Assembly (NCBI GenBank): GCA_030390025.1
Contig: JASTWF010000352.1
Coordinates: 434,001-498,000, forward strand
Origin: Squalus acanthias
Taxonomy: Eukaryota
DNA: 64,000 nt
Reading direction: 5' to 3'
This document shows, in pieces, positions 15,001 to 26,936 of this stretch. The first letter of the stretch is position 1. Every line of letters starts with the position of its first letter. A program made the translations under genes and the position numbers. Below the pieces are notes generated by a model. The model saw only the letters and a program-made list of their open reading frames with translations, did no database searches and was not told where the DNA came from.

Positions 15001-16530
15001 CCATCTCCCATATCCTGTAACAGACCAGGGTTCCTGGGGACAGACCACACAGACCCATCTCCCTTATCCTGTAACAGACCAGGGTTCCTGGGGACAGGCC
15101 CCACAGACCCATCTCCATTATCCTGTAACAGACCAGGGTTCCTGGGGACAGACCCCACAGACCCATCTCCCTTATCCTGTAACAGACCAGGGTTCCTGTG
15201 GATAGACCCCACAGACCCATCTCCCTTATCCTGTAACAGACCAGGGTTCCTGTGGACAGACCCATCTCCCTTATCCTGTAACAGACCAGGTTTCCTGGGG
15301 ATAGACCCCACAGACCCATCTCCCTTATCCTGTAACAGACCAGGGTTCCTGTGGATAGACCCCAAAAACCCATCTCCCTTATCCTGTAACAGACCAGGGT
15401 TCCTGGGGACAGACCCCACAGACCCATCTCCCTTATCCTGTAACAGACCAGGGTTCCTGGGGACAGACCCATCTCCCTTATCCTGTAACAGACCAGGGTT
15501 CCTGGGGACAGACTCCACAGACCCATCTCCCTTATCCTGTAACAGACCAGGGTTCCTGTGGATAGACCCCAAAAACCCATCTCCCTTATCCTGTAACAGA
15601 CCAGGGTTCCTGGGGACAGACTCCACAGACCCATCTCCCTCATCCTGTAACAGACCAGGGTTCCTGTGGATAGACCCCACAGACCCATCTCCCTTATCCT
15701 GCAACAGACCAGGGTTCCTGTGGATAGACCCCAAAAACCCATCTCCCTTATCCTGTAACAGACCAGGGTTCCTGGGCCAGACCCCACAGACCCATCTCCT
15801 TTATCCTGTAACAGACCAGGGTTCCTGGGGACAGACCCCACAGACCCATCTCCCTTATCCTGTAACAGACCAGGGTTCCTGTGGATAGACCCCAAAAACC
15901 CATCTCCCTTATCCTGTAACAGTCCAGGGTTCCTGTGGATAGACCCCAAAAACCCATCTCCCTTATCCTGTAACAGACCAGGGTTCCTGGGGACAGACCC
16001 ACCTCCCTTATCCTGTAACAGACCAGGGTTCCTGGGGACAGACCCATCTCCCTTATCCTGTAACAGACCAGGGTTCCTGGGGACAGACCCCACAGACCCA
16101 TCTCCCTTATTCTGTAACAGACCAGGGTTCCTGGGGACAGACCCCATCTCCTTTATCCTGTAACAGACCAGGGTTCCTGGGGACAGACCCCGCAGACCCA
16201 TCTCCCTTATCCTGTAACAGACCAGGGTTCCTGGGGACAGGGCCCACAGACCCATCTCCCTTATCCTGTAACAGTCCAGGGTTCCTGGGGACAGACCCCA
16301 CAGACCCATCTCCCTTATCCTGTAACAGACCAGGGTTCCTGGGGACAGACCCCACAGACCCATCTCCCTTATCCTGTAACAGACCAGGGTTCCTGGGGAC
16401 AGACCCCACAGACCCATCTCCCTTATCCTGTAACAGACCAGGGTTCCTGGGGACAGACCCCACAGACCCATCTCCCTTATCCTGTAACAGACCAGGGTTC
16501 CTGGGGACAGGGCCCACAGACCCATCTCCC
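1..16530. repeat. Satellite A: tandem array of 54-bp and 45-bp monomers (CAGACCAGGGTTCCTGGGGACAGACC[CCACAGACC]CATCTCCCTTATCCTGTAA); continues past the window start
   Basis: Periodicity is directly visible; long and short monomers differ by a 9-bp internal duplication, giving 18-aa and 15-aa repeats in the ORF track. Confidence 0.98.
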
Positions 16531-16646
16531 CTCTCAATGGTGATTCAAAGATATTGTGTAAACCTTCACCTGAATGGGTCTGATTCGCCGATCCCCACCC
16601 GATCAGACAGGCTCTGTCTGAAGGAGACTCTCAGATAAAGTCCAAT
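16515..16646 (+). mobile_element. Decayed LINE-1 (L1-clade) ORF2 reverse transcriptase, 5' piece, continuous with the last satellite A monomer
   Basis: Manual translation HRPISPLNGDSKILCK...PDQTGSV*RRLSDKV matches the L1 RT motifs YRPISLLNxDxKILxK and HPDQTGF..GR..DN. Confidence 0.8.
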
Positions 16647-16928
16647 CTTCTTATTCGTTTTTCGTCTGATAGTAGCAAATCAATTGTCAATATCTAAGTC
16701 TGATATCCAGGCCAAAGCTTCCTGTGTAACAGCGTGGGTATCTTGTCGGCTGCCTGTGAATTTCCTCTGAGGGCAGTGCTCAATGATGGGCTCCAGGGTC
16801 TGATCAGGAGCTCCACAGTCACATGATGGGGATGCTTTAATCTTCCATCTATGGAGAAGGTGGCAGCATCGACCATGACCGTTTCTGAGGCGGTTGATGG
16901 TTGTCCACTGTTTGCGAGGAAGGTTTGA
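16647..16928 (-). mobile_element. 5'-truncated Vingi/Ingi-like non-LTR retrotransposon 3' end inserted into the old L1
   Basis: Translation LPRKQWTTINRLRNGHGRC..HRW....SPSCDCGAPDQTLEPIIEHCP...ALAWI is the C-terminal zinc-knuckle region typical of I-group (Vingi/Ingi) ORFs; short 3' UTR ending CGAAAAACGAATAAGAAG. Confidence 0.75.
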
Positions 16929-17930
16929 TCCGATGTCTATTAAACGCTCCCCAGGCTGCAGGTTCTGTGGTAGATCCCAGCCCTTGCCCTCTCCGTTCGT
17001 TCTCGGAAGACTTTGTCCCGAGTTGAGAGTCTCTCTGGAGATGGTGCTGAAGTCGATGGGGTTTGAAACATTCATTCAGTGGGTCTCCTCACTGTGCTCT
17101 CACCCTCCACCTTCAATGATCACCAATGGGATTGGGTCTGTCCCTTTTGAACCGTTCAGGGTTCTGGGCAGGGGGTCCATTGGCCCCCTGGTGTTTCCAT
17201 TGACTGTCGAACCCTTAGCTGTGAGTCTGTGCACTTCCCCAGATATCTGAGGGATTCGAGTGGTGGGAGAGAACACAAGGAGTCTCTTTATACAGAGGGT
17301 GGGTGTCCTTCTCTCACCCGATTGGGCTTCAAGGGGTGGAGGAGGTGAACCCGGGGCGGGGGGCTGATGCTGATCTGGACTTGTGTGGAGGGAGTGAGAT
17401 ATCGGGGCTGAAACTCCACTCCTGGTCTATCGCTGCCACTGGTACATTTCACCCGGTGAATCCGGCGGACTCCCCGGGTTTACACTCTCCCCTCATTTAA
17501 ACATAGATGGTGCAGTGTGGGAGGTGAGGGAGGAGTCTGCTCATTCCCAGGGGCAGATCAGACAAAGTGCTTTGAGTGGTGGGTCCAGCAGTGAAACTGA
17601 AACCAAACCAAAGGGAACAAATAAAGATCCAATCCAAGGGAACAAGCAACGGGACAATGGGAAGAAACCACAACCGGCCCAAAAGTGGGATAATCTCCCC
17701 AAAAGGTCGGTCCGGACAGTTAGAAACTCCTCCTGGTGACTGTGTGCCTGCAGGACTCGGCTTCACTCCAGTGTTTAAAGGCACAGAGCGCTGGCCTCAC
17801 ACCCAGGGGGCAATGTGTGGGAATTCCAGGGGCAGTGAGGACATGCCCGTAAATACCCCGGAGCAGTGAAGGCCCACTGGGCCCCAGGACAAGCTCATCG
17901 GAAAACCCAGGGCAAGGGCAAATTTAAAAC
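16929..17930 (+). mobile_element. Decayed LINE-1 ORF2 RT, continuation after the Vingi insertion (many frameshifts and stops; 3' limit approximate)
   Basis: Successive translated pieces IRCLLN, GFETFIQWVSSLCSHP..SMITNG..S.PFE.FR, PLVFPLTVEPLAVSL..SPDI*GI, EHKESLY, ISGLKL, WDNLP resemble L1 RT motifs in the expected order. Confidence 0.75.
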
Positions 17931-18281
17931 GCAGTTTGCAGGCGTGATGCTCTATTCACACATCGAAGGTGAGAGAGATGCTGTGGGTCACACACTAAGT
18001 CCAGTAGCTGAAAGTGATTAACAGACTGGGTTTTTTGTTTAGTGATCCCGGGCGTGTTACCGAGACCTTCCCTGGATACCAAGGTTGGGAGAGGCACTCT
18101 GGAATGTATGGGGAGCTGGGACTTGTCCATGAGAGTAACCAAAGATATGAGAACTGAAATAATCTCGAGTTAGAAAGGAGAAAAGGCCCAAAAATGGAGC
18201 AGTCAGTAACAGGACATCAATTAGTCTCTTATCTTGGAGAAATCAAATACTCAACACACTGTGTATTTGAAGCAAAGCTGA

Positions 18282-18287
18282 TTTATT
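18282..18287 (-). promoter_or_regulatory. Putative polyadenylation signal AATAAA of the left ZNF copy
   Basis: AATAAA ~90 nt after the stop; same position in the homologous 3' UTR of the middle copy (25945-25950). Confidence 0.55.
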
Positions 18288-18378
18288 CAACAGATAATCA
18301 GAATATTAAACTCCAACCCAGTTATTGGGGTTATTAAGATCATCAGAAACAAACCCCAAATGTCAGAATGAACATAGT

Positions 18379-19506
18379 TCAGTCCTGGGTGTGACCTCGC
18401 TGGTGTCTCAGGAGATCAGCTGTGCTTTTAAAGCTCTGCTCACAATCAGAACATTTAAATGGTCTCTTATCAGTGTGCACAAGTTGATGTGCAGTGAGGT
18501 GGGATGACTGAGTGAATCCCTTCTCACACACGGAGCAGGTAAACGGCCTCTCCCCAGTGTGAACAGACTGGTGTGTCCGCAGGCTGGATGAATTTGTGAA
18601 TCTGTTCCCACACACGGAGCAGGTGAACGGCCTCTCCCCAGTGTGAGTGCGTTGGTGTTGCATCAGATCCTTTGTTGTTTTAAAGCTCTTCTCACAGTCA
18701 GAACATTTAAACGGTCTCTTATTAGAGTGAACAAGTTGGTGTGCAGTGAGGCTGGAGGTGTTGGTGAATCCCTTCCCACACACGGAGCAGGTGAATGGCC
18801 TCTCCCGAGTGTGAACACAATGGTGTTTAATCAGTTCCTCAGAGCTTTTAAAGCAGTTCCCACAGTCAGAACATTTAAACAGACTCTCGTCAGTGTGAAC
18901 TCGCTGGTGTTTCAGCAGGTTAGGCGATTGAATGAATTCATTCCCACACACGGAGCTATTAAACTGTGTGGCAACAGTGTGAATAACTTGGTGTCTGAGC
19001 ATGTTGCACAATAGACTGAATCCCTTCCCACACACGGAGCAGGTGAATGGCCTCTCCCCGGTGTGACTGCATTGATGAATTTCCAGCTCGATGGGTAATT
19101 GAATCCCTTCCCACAGTCCCCACATTTCCACGGTTTCTCCATGGTTCGGGTGTCCTTGTGTCTCTCCGGGTTGGACGATCGGTTGAAGCCTCGTTCACAC
19201 ACAGAACACGTGTATGGTTTCTCCCCGCTGTGAACGGTGCAATGTTTTTTCAGGCTGTGTAACTGGTTAAAGCTCTTTCCACAGTCAGTGCACTGGAACA
19301 CTCTCACTCGGGTGTGTGTGTCTCGGTGCTTTTCCAGTCACACTGATGTTTGAAATCTTTTCCCACAGACAGAACAGACAAACATTTCTCCTTCCACATT
19401 CAAAGGCCGATGATATTCAGGTCCTGATGAATGGAGTGAATCTGTCAGATCTTGACGAGATGTTTGGTTTGAGTTTCCCGTCTGTAAATCGTCCTCTTTT
19501 AACACC
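18379..19506 (-). pseudogene. C2H2 zinc-finger gene, left copy: ~9 fingers after ATG at 19142 (MEKPWKC), with a 1-bp frameshift in finger 1 near 19090; degenerate upstream fingers in the same exon
   Basis: Tandem CxxC..HxxxH fingers with TGERPF linkers; acceptor TTTTGCAG at 19507; TAC CCA TC- GAG CTG versus TAC TCG TCC CAG CTG in the right copy shows the deletion (could be an assembly error). Confidence 0.85.
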
Positions 19507-19704
19507 CTGCAAAAGGAGTTTACAAAAGACATCACTGTAACTACTTTATAGAAATTCAGAACAGACAATTCTAGTTTCTATAGAACATTCTTTCCTCTCT
19601 TGTTCCCCCAAAGCTGTAAATCCCCATCCCACACACTCTCCCTCCTCCCTGTGCTGAAATCCAAACCCATCGCACCATCTCCAACATTTTTCCTTTCGGT
19701 CAAC

Positions 19705-20252
19705 ATCTCCCCCTCTCCTGAAGGTGCTGACTCTGGCTGGGTTCAGTTCTACACTCACTGGTTCTCCTCCCTCTCCTCCCCTGAAGGTGCTGACTCTGGC
19801 TGGGTTCAGTTCTGCACTCACTGGTCCCCCTCCCTCTCCTCCCCTGAAGGTGCGGACTCTGGCTGGGTTCAGTTCTACACTCACTGGTTCCCCTCCCTCT
19901 CCTCCCCTGAAGGTGCTGACTCTGGCTGGGTGCAGTTCTACACTCGCTTGTTCCCCTCCCTCTCCTCCCCTGAAGGTGCTGACTCTGGCTGGGTTCAGTT
20001 CTACACTCACTGGTTCCCCTCCCTCTCCTCCCCTGAAGGTGCTGACTCTGGCTGCGTTCAGTTCTACACTCACTGGTTCCCCTCCCCTGAAGGTGCTGAC
20101 TCTGGCTGGGTTCAGTTCTACACTCACTGGTTCCCCTACCTCTCCTCCCCTTAAGGTGCTGACTCTGGCTGGGTTCCGTTCTACACTCACTGGTTCCCCT
20201 CTCTCTCCTCCCCTGAAGGTGCTGACTCTGGCTGGGTTCAGTTCCAGACTCA
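19705..20252 (-). repeat. 63-bp intronic minisatellite (~9 copies), inverted homolog of 32346-35374
   Basis: Unit GAACCCAGCCAGAGTCAGCACCTTCAGGGGAGGAGAGGGAGGGGAACCAGTGAGTGTAGAACT on the minus strand. Confidence 0.95.
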
Positions 20253-20254
20253 AG

Positions 20255-20700
20255 GGGACCCTGAGGCCCTGCCCACGTTTTGGTCCTTTACAAAGATGGC
20301 CGTGCGAATCAAGATGGCGGCGAACAAAGACAATGCTTTCCTTTACAAAGATGGCCGCCCTTAGCCTAGGCCTGTTACCGGGAAAAAGCCCCGGAGCTGC
20401 AAAAGCGGAACCTGTAGGTTCTCATTCGGCGCTTGCGGCCTACACCAGGTGTTTATGAAGCTCACCCGCCGGATGCGTTACCACCCTGCGCCCCGGTGAT
20501 TCGTAATCGGCGTAAAAACCGCGTCTCCCAACTCGGCCCGTTCCCAGCTCTCGCCGGCTCTGATCACACTGACACTGCGCATGCTCCAAATACAGGCGGG
20601 CACTGCGCCTGCGCACTGGGCTCCTCCAGTGTGAATGGGGCACATTCTCCCCCGCGGGGCATGCTGGGGAACATTGAAAGCCCCAATTAGTGAATGGAGA
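20255..20700 (-). promoter_or_regulatory. CpG-rich promoter/first-exon module of the left ZNF cassette with three YY1-like and NRF1-like motifs
   Basis: AAGATGGC at ~20293, 20311 and 20348; TGCGCATG and TGCGCCTGCGCA at ~20576-20615; homologous to 31880-32345. Confidence 0.6.
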
Positions 20701-21149
20701 ATGAGTTTCTGTCATCCCATTGAGAGAAAATTCATCAATAATTCACACAGAAACCACAGTGCACGGGCACTCTGCCATGGTTCAGTCCTGTATGTGATTA
20801 ATAACAGAATCCAAACCCCTGCAGTCCCCTGTGAACTCACTGTATTCTCTGCAGGTAGGGTGAATTTCTTCCCACACACAGGATATTGAAACAGCCTCTC
20901 TCCAGTATCAATGCGCTGATCGTGCATCAGCTGCTTTGAACTTTGAAAGCTTTTCTCACAGTCAGAGTATTTACAGCAACTGTTCTCAATGTGGACACTC
21001 TGGAGTGTCAACAGGTGGGACAACGGAGTCAATCCCTTCCCACACGTGAAGTATCTAAACGGTCTCTCTCGGGTGTGACTGTAAATGGGATGGTCGATAG
21101 AATCCCTTTCCACATACAGACCACTGAACGGATTCTCCCCGTTATGAAC
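20700..21149 (-). pseudogene. 3' remnant of a degenerate C2H2 ZNF pseudogene, truncated by a CR1 element
   Basis: Broken fingers (HTRERPFRYFTCGKG, KYSDCEKSF, TGERLFQYPVCGKKF); reverse complement of ~31420-31880. Confidence 0.85.
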
Positions 21150-23904
21150 ATGTTTATGTGGGAATGGATGAGATAAGCGAGTGACTAAAGATGCTGAAGA
21201 GAAAAGACAAGGAAGCAGTGCAGGAAAGTGATTGGGGTAAGGATAACCAGATTGTGTCAGGAAGGGACAGAGCGTACAAACAAAGGAGTGCACGAACAAA
21301 TAGGGTCCGGGTAAGAAAAAATGCAAATAAGACAAATAGTGCCATAGTACAAAAAAATGTTAAGATATCTAAAAATGTTAAAAAGACAAATCTAAAAGCA
21401 CTGTATCTGGATGCACGAAGCATTCATAATAAGGTAGACGAATTAACAGCACAAATAGATGTAAACGGATACAATATAATTGCAATTACGGAGACATAGC
21501 TACAGGGTTACCAAGGCTGGGAGCTGAATATCCAAGGATATTCGAAATTTAGGAAGGACAGGCACAAAGGAAAAGGAGGTGGGGTGGCCTTGTTAGTAAA
21601 GGATGAAATCAGAGAAACAGTGAGAAAGTATATTGGCTCAGAAAATCAAGATGTCGAATCAGTCTGGGTGGAGCTAAGAAGCACCAAAGGGCAGAAAACA
21701 TTGGAGGGAGTTGTCTATAGGCCTCCAAACAGTAGTGGTAATGTAGGGGATGGCATCAAACAGGAAATTAGAGACGCAAGTAACAAGGGTACTACAGTAA
21801 TCATGGGTGACTTTAATCTACATATAGACTGGCCAAACCAAATTAGCAATAATACTGTGGAGGATGAATTCCTGGAGTGTGTACGAGATGGTTTTTTAGA
21901 CCAGTACGTTGAGGAGCCAACTAGGGAACAGGTTATCCTAGATTGGGTATTGCGTAATGAGAAGGGGTTCATTAATAATCTTGTTGTGCGGGGTCCTTTA
22001 GGGAAGAGTGACCATAACATGATAGAATTCTTCATTAAGATGGAAAGTGAAGAAGTCCAATCCGAAACTAGGGTCCTAAATCTAAACAAAGGAAACTACG
22101 AAGGTATGAGCAGTGAGTTGACTATGATAGATTGGGGAGCTTCATTAAAAGGCATGACAGTGGATAGGGAATGGCTAACATTTAAGGAACGAATGCATGA
22201 ATTGCAACAGTTATACATTCCTTTCTGGTGCAAAATCACAAAAGGAAAAGCGGCCCAACCATGGCTAACAAAATAAATTATGGATAATATTCGATCCAAA
22301 GAGGAGTCATATAAAGTTTCCAGAAAAAGTAGCAAGCATGAGGATTGGGAACAGTTTAGAGGTCAGCAAAAAAGGACCAAGAGATTGATTAAGAGGGGAA
22401 AAATAGAGTGTGAGAGTAAACTTGCAAGGAACATAAAAGCAGACTGTAAAAGCTTCTACAAGTATGTAAAAAGAAAAAGATTAGTGAAGACAAATGTAGG
22501 TCCCTTACAGTCAGAAACAGGAGAATTTATAATGGGGAACAAGGAAATGACAGAGCAATTAAACAAATACTTTGGTTCTGTCTTTATGGAAGAGGACACA
22601 AATAACTTCCCAGAAATGCTATGGAACCAAGTGTCTAGTGAGAAGGAGGAATTAAAGGAAATTAGTATTAGTAAAAAAAATAGTGCTGGAGAAATTAATG
22701 GGACTGAAAGCTGATAAATCCCCAGGGCCTGATAATCTGCATCCCAGAGTACTAAAACAGGTAGCCAGGGAATTAGTGGATGCATTGGTTGTCAACTTCC
22801 AAAATTCTATAGATTATGGAACAGTTCCTGCAGATTGGAGGGTAGCAAATGTAACCCCACTATTTAAAAAAGGAGGGAGAGAGAAAACAGGGAACTACAG
22901 ACCGGTTAGCCTAACATCAGTAGCAGGAAAAATGCTAGAGTCTATAAAGGATGTGATAACAGGACACTTAGAAAATATCAACGGGATTAGACAAATTCAA
23001 CATGGATTTATGAAAGGGAAATTGTGTTTGACAAACCTACTGGAGTTTTTTGAGGATGTAACTGGTAGAATAGATAAGGGAGAACCAGTGGATGTGGTGT
23101 ATTTGGATTTTCAGAAGGCCTTTGATAAAGTCCCACATAAGAGGTTAGTGTGCAAAATTAAAGCACATGGGATTGGGGGGTAATATACTGGCATGGATTG
23201 AAAATTGGTTAACAGACAGGAAACAGAGAGTTGGAATAAATGGGTCTTTTTCGGGGTGGCAGGCTGTGACTAGTGGGGTACTGCAAGGATCAGTGCTTGG
23301 GCCCCAGCTATTCATAATATATATCAATAATTTGGATGAGGGAACCAAATGTAATATTTCCAAGTTTGCTGACGACACAAACTAGGTGGGATTGTGAGTT
23401 GTGAGGAGGATGCAAAGAGGCTTCAAGGCGATTTAGACAAACTGAGTGAGTGGGCAAATACATGGCATTGTCAACTAGGCCTGTATTCACTAGAGTTTAG
23501 AAGAATGAGAGGGGATCTCGTTGAAATGTATAAAAGTCTGACAGGGCTAGACAGACTGGATGCAGGGAGGATGTTTCCCCTGGCTGGGGAATCTAGAATG
23601 AGGGGTCACAGTCTCCGGATACGGGGTAGGACATTTAGGACTGAGATGAGGAGAAATTTCTTCACTCAGAGGGTGGTGAACCTGTGGAATTCTCTACCAC
23701 AGAAGGCTGTGGAGGCCAAGTCACTGAACATATATAAGAAGGAGATAGATAGATTTCTAGACACAAAAGGCATCAAGGGGTATGGGGAGAAAGCGGGATG
23801 TGGTATTGAGATAGAGGATCAGCCATGATCATATTGAATGGCGGAGCAGGCTCGAAGGGCCGAATGGCCCACTCCTGTTCCTATTTTACTATGTTTCTAT
23901 GTAT
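21150..23904 (+). mobile_element. CR1 LINE, ORF2 (APE endonuclease + RT), inactivated
   Basis: LYLDARSI, IAITET, GVVYRPP, MGDFN, SDHN, YRPVSLTS, YLDFQKAFDKVPH, QGSVLGP, FADDT motifs; stops at ~21497 and 22274, frameshifts, internal deletion near 23467; CTATGTTTCTATG tail. Confidence 0.95.
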
Positions 23905-25472
23905 TCTAAAGACTGGCTGTACTTAAAGTAGATAAATCACCAGGAGCGGATGGGATGCATCCTAGGATGCTGAGGGAATTGAGGGAGGAAATCGCGGAGG
24001 TACTGGCCATAATATTCCAATCCTCCTTGCATACGGGGGTGGTGCCAGAGGACTGGAGAATTGCAAATGTTACACCATTGTTCAAAAAAGGATGCAAGGA
24101 TAAACCCAGCAACTACAGGCCAGTCAGTTTAACCTCGGTCGTGGGGAAGCTTTTAGAAACAGTAATCAGGGACAACATTAATAGTCACTTGGATAGGTGT
24201 GGATTAATTAAGGAAAGCCAGCACGGATTTGTTAAAGGCAAATCGTGTTCAACCAACTTGATCAAGTTTTATCATGAGGGTAATGTGGTTGATGTGGTGT
24301 ACATGGATTTCCAAAAGGCGTTTGATAAAGTGCCACATTATAGGCTTGCCAGCAAAGTTGAAGCCCATGGAATAAAAGGAACAGTGGCAGCATGGATACG
24401 AAATTGGCTAAGTGACAGGAAACAGAGAGTCGTGGTGAACGGTTGTTTTTTGGACTGGAGGATGGTGTACAGTGGTGTTCCCCAGGGGTCAGTTCTAGGA
24501 CCACTGCTTTCCTTGATATATATTAATGACTTGGACGTGGGTGTACAGAGCACAATTTCAAAATTTGCAGATGACACAAAACTTGGAAGTATAGTGAACA
24601 GTGAGGAGGAGAGTGATAGACTTCAGGAAGACATAGACAGGCTGGTGAAATGGGCGGACACGTGGCAGATGAAATTTAACGCAGAAAAGTGTGAAGTGAT
24701 ACATTTTGGAGGAAAGAATGAGGAGAGGACATGTAAACTAAATGGTACAATCCTAAAGTGGGTGCACCAACAGAGAGACCTAGGGGTATGTGTGCACAAA
24801 TCCTTGAAGGTGGCAGGGCAGGTTGAGAAAGCAGTTAAAAGGCTTACGGGACCCTGGACTTAATAAATAGAGGTGTAGAGTACAAAAGTGTGGAAATGAT
24901 GATGAAACACTGGTTCGGCCTGAACTGGAGTACTGTGTCCAATTCTGGGCACCACACTTCAGGAAGGATGTGAAGGCCTTAGAGAAGGTGCAGAAAAGAT
25001 TTACGAGAATGATTCCAGGAATGAGGGACTTCAGTTGCCTTGATAGACTGGAGAAGCTGAGGTTGTTCTCCTTGGAGCAGAGAAGGTTGATAGGAGATTT
25101 GATCGAGGTGTTCAAAATCATGAGGGGTCAGGACAGAGTGGATAGAGAGAAACTGTTCCCATTGGCGGAAGGGTCGAGAACCAGAGGACACAGATTTAAG
25201 GTGATTGGCAGAAGAACCAAAGGTGACATGGGGAAAAACTTTTTACGCAGTGAGTGGTTAGGATCGGGAATGCACTGCCTGAAAGGGTGGTGGAGGCAGA
25301 TTCAAACGTGGCTTTCAAAAGGGAATTGGATCAGTATCTGAAGGACAAAAATTTGCAGGGCTACGAGGGAAGGGCGGGGAGTGGGACTAGCTGAAGTGTT
25401 CTTGCAGAGAGCCGGCACGGGCTTAACGGGCCGAATGGTCACCTTCTGTGCTGTAACCATTCTATGATTCTA
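23905..25472 (+). mobile_element. Second, 5'-truncated CR1 LINE (RT and 3' UTR), diverged from the first
   Basis: YRPVSLTS, YMDFQKAFDKVPH, GVPQGSVLGP, FADDTK motifs; ends in ATTCTATGATTCTA. Confidence 0.95.
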
Positions 25473-25499
25473 CAAACACGTTAAACCTTCATAGAATAA

Positions 25500-25900
25500 T
25501 TACCAGTCATTTTTAGACTGGAAACTTAACCCTGCCGTTTCACTTTCAGTCAGGAACAGATCGCAGTTTGACACCAATCTCTGATTTGACAGCACCTTTC
25601 CAGCATTCACCGTTGTTCTTCCTGACTCTAAACACAGTTGTAAAGGAGCCTTCTGTTCCGTGCCTAGGAGCTCTGACCCATGGGAGAGCGCGGCTGGGAC
25701 ACATTCCTTACAGGCCTCAAGATTAACCTGCACGGGGACATTGCTGTCAGTGAAGAGAGACGAGAAAGACCAAAGTGCCATTTGCCCCTCTCAGTGTGGC
25801 CCTGAAGGACTGTGTCCAGGCTGTAGTTCTGTTCCCGCCGTACGATCCTCCCCCAGATTGTCCTTTCTGAGCTCCAGCCAGGTGATGCTAAACACTCAGG
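25500..25900 (+). mobile_element. Possible very old L1-like ORF2 fragment (end of endonuclease / linker)
   Basis: Weak motifs WKLNP (~25518) and WDTF...KINLHGDI, resembling WxLN and WDxFKAxLRG of L1. Confidence 0.3.
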
Positions 25901-26095
25901 TGGGAAAGACGAAAATCTACAACAATGTGTTTAAAGCAAACTGATTTATTTGACATCTATCCAGAATATTAAACTCCAGCCCAGTTACAGGGGTTATTAA
26001 CATCAGCAGAAACAAACCCCAGCTGTCAGTGTGAACACGATTCAGTCCGGGATGTGATTAACAGCAGCAATAACATCAGAATCCAACCCCTGCAG

Positions 26096-26639
26096 TCACT
26101 TGTGAACTCGCTGGTGACTCAGCAAGTGGGAAGCCTGAGTGAATCCCTTCCCACACTCGGAACAGGTGAACGGCCTCTCCCCAGTGTGAGCTCGCTGGTG
26201 CGTCAGCAGGTTGGATGACTGAGTGAATCCCTTCTCACACCCGGAGCAGGTGAATGGCCTCTCCCCAGTGTGAACTCGCTGGTGTATCAGCAGGTGGGAT
26301 GACTGAGTGAATCCCTTCCCACACTCGGAGCAGGTGAACGGCCTCTCCCCGGTGTGAACTCGTCAATGAGTTTCCAGCTCACACGGGTAGATGAATCGCT
26401 TCCCACAGTCCCCACATTTACACGGTTTCTCCCCGGTGTGACTGCGCTTGTGACTCGACAGGCCAGATGATCGGCTGAAGCCTCGTCCACACACAGAACA
26501 CGTGTACGGTTTCTCCCCGCTCTGAACGGTGCTTTCTGCTTCCATGTTCAAAGGTCCTGATGAATTGAGTGACGCTGTCAGATCTTGAAGTGATGTTTGG
26601 TTTGAGTTTCCCGTCTGCAAATCCTCGCCTTCTAACACC
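26096..26639 (-). pseudogene. C2H2 zinc-finger gene, middle copy: 5 fingers, one premature TGA at 26363-26365
   Basis: Acceptor TTTTACAG at 26640; frame continues through the TGA (likely CGA>TGA) to HQRVHK-stop at 26096; 3' UTR with AATAAA at 25945-25950 homologous to the other copies. Confidence 0.85.
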
Positions 26640-26699
26640 CTGTAAAATTAATTTGAAACAGGAAAAAGGGAGGGTGAGAGAGAACCCACAAAAACACAA

Positions 26700-26862
26700 A
26701 GGCAGGTTGTGAAATTGAGCTGAATGAATCTGGGAATTTGTGGGGCCGGCACTAGAAAAAAGTGACCATGAAAGCTGCCGGATTGTCGTAAAAACCCAAC
26801 TGGTTCACTAATGTCCTTCAGGGAAGGGAACCCGCCACCCGGTCTGGACCTACACAAGACTC
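26700..26862 (+). mobile_element. Internal fragment of a tRNA-derived SINE
   Basis: GACCATGAAA..GATTGTCGTAAAAACCCAACTGGTTCACTAATGTCCTTCAGGGAAGG, recognised as a common chondrichthyan SINE body; family not assigned. Confidence 0.6.
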
Positions 26863-26936
26863 TGCCCTCTATGGGAGGAGAGAGAGCGAGGTGGGAGGGG
26901 GATGGGTGAAGGAGTGACTTTATACATCTGCAACTC

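Noticed and set aside
1..16530. CRISPR-like repeat/spacer appearance
   Set aside because: No unique spacers, no cas genes, vertebrate context
368..16537. Very long ORFs (up to 2645 aa) on both strands
   Set aside because: Monomers of 54 and 45 bp lack stops in four of six frames; ORFs overlap on both strands and switch frames at indels, so they are satellite artefacts
16680..17075. 131-aa ORF as a single gene
   Set aside because: Chimera of antisense L1 sequence and the Vingi C-terminus
17128..17144. Antisense match to satellite A (GGGACAGACCCAATCCC)
   Set aside because: Short, and lies within L1 RT coding remnant; probably chance
21150..25472. Active autonomous CR1 or host RT gene
   Set aside because: Stops, frameshifts, deletions and 5' truncation
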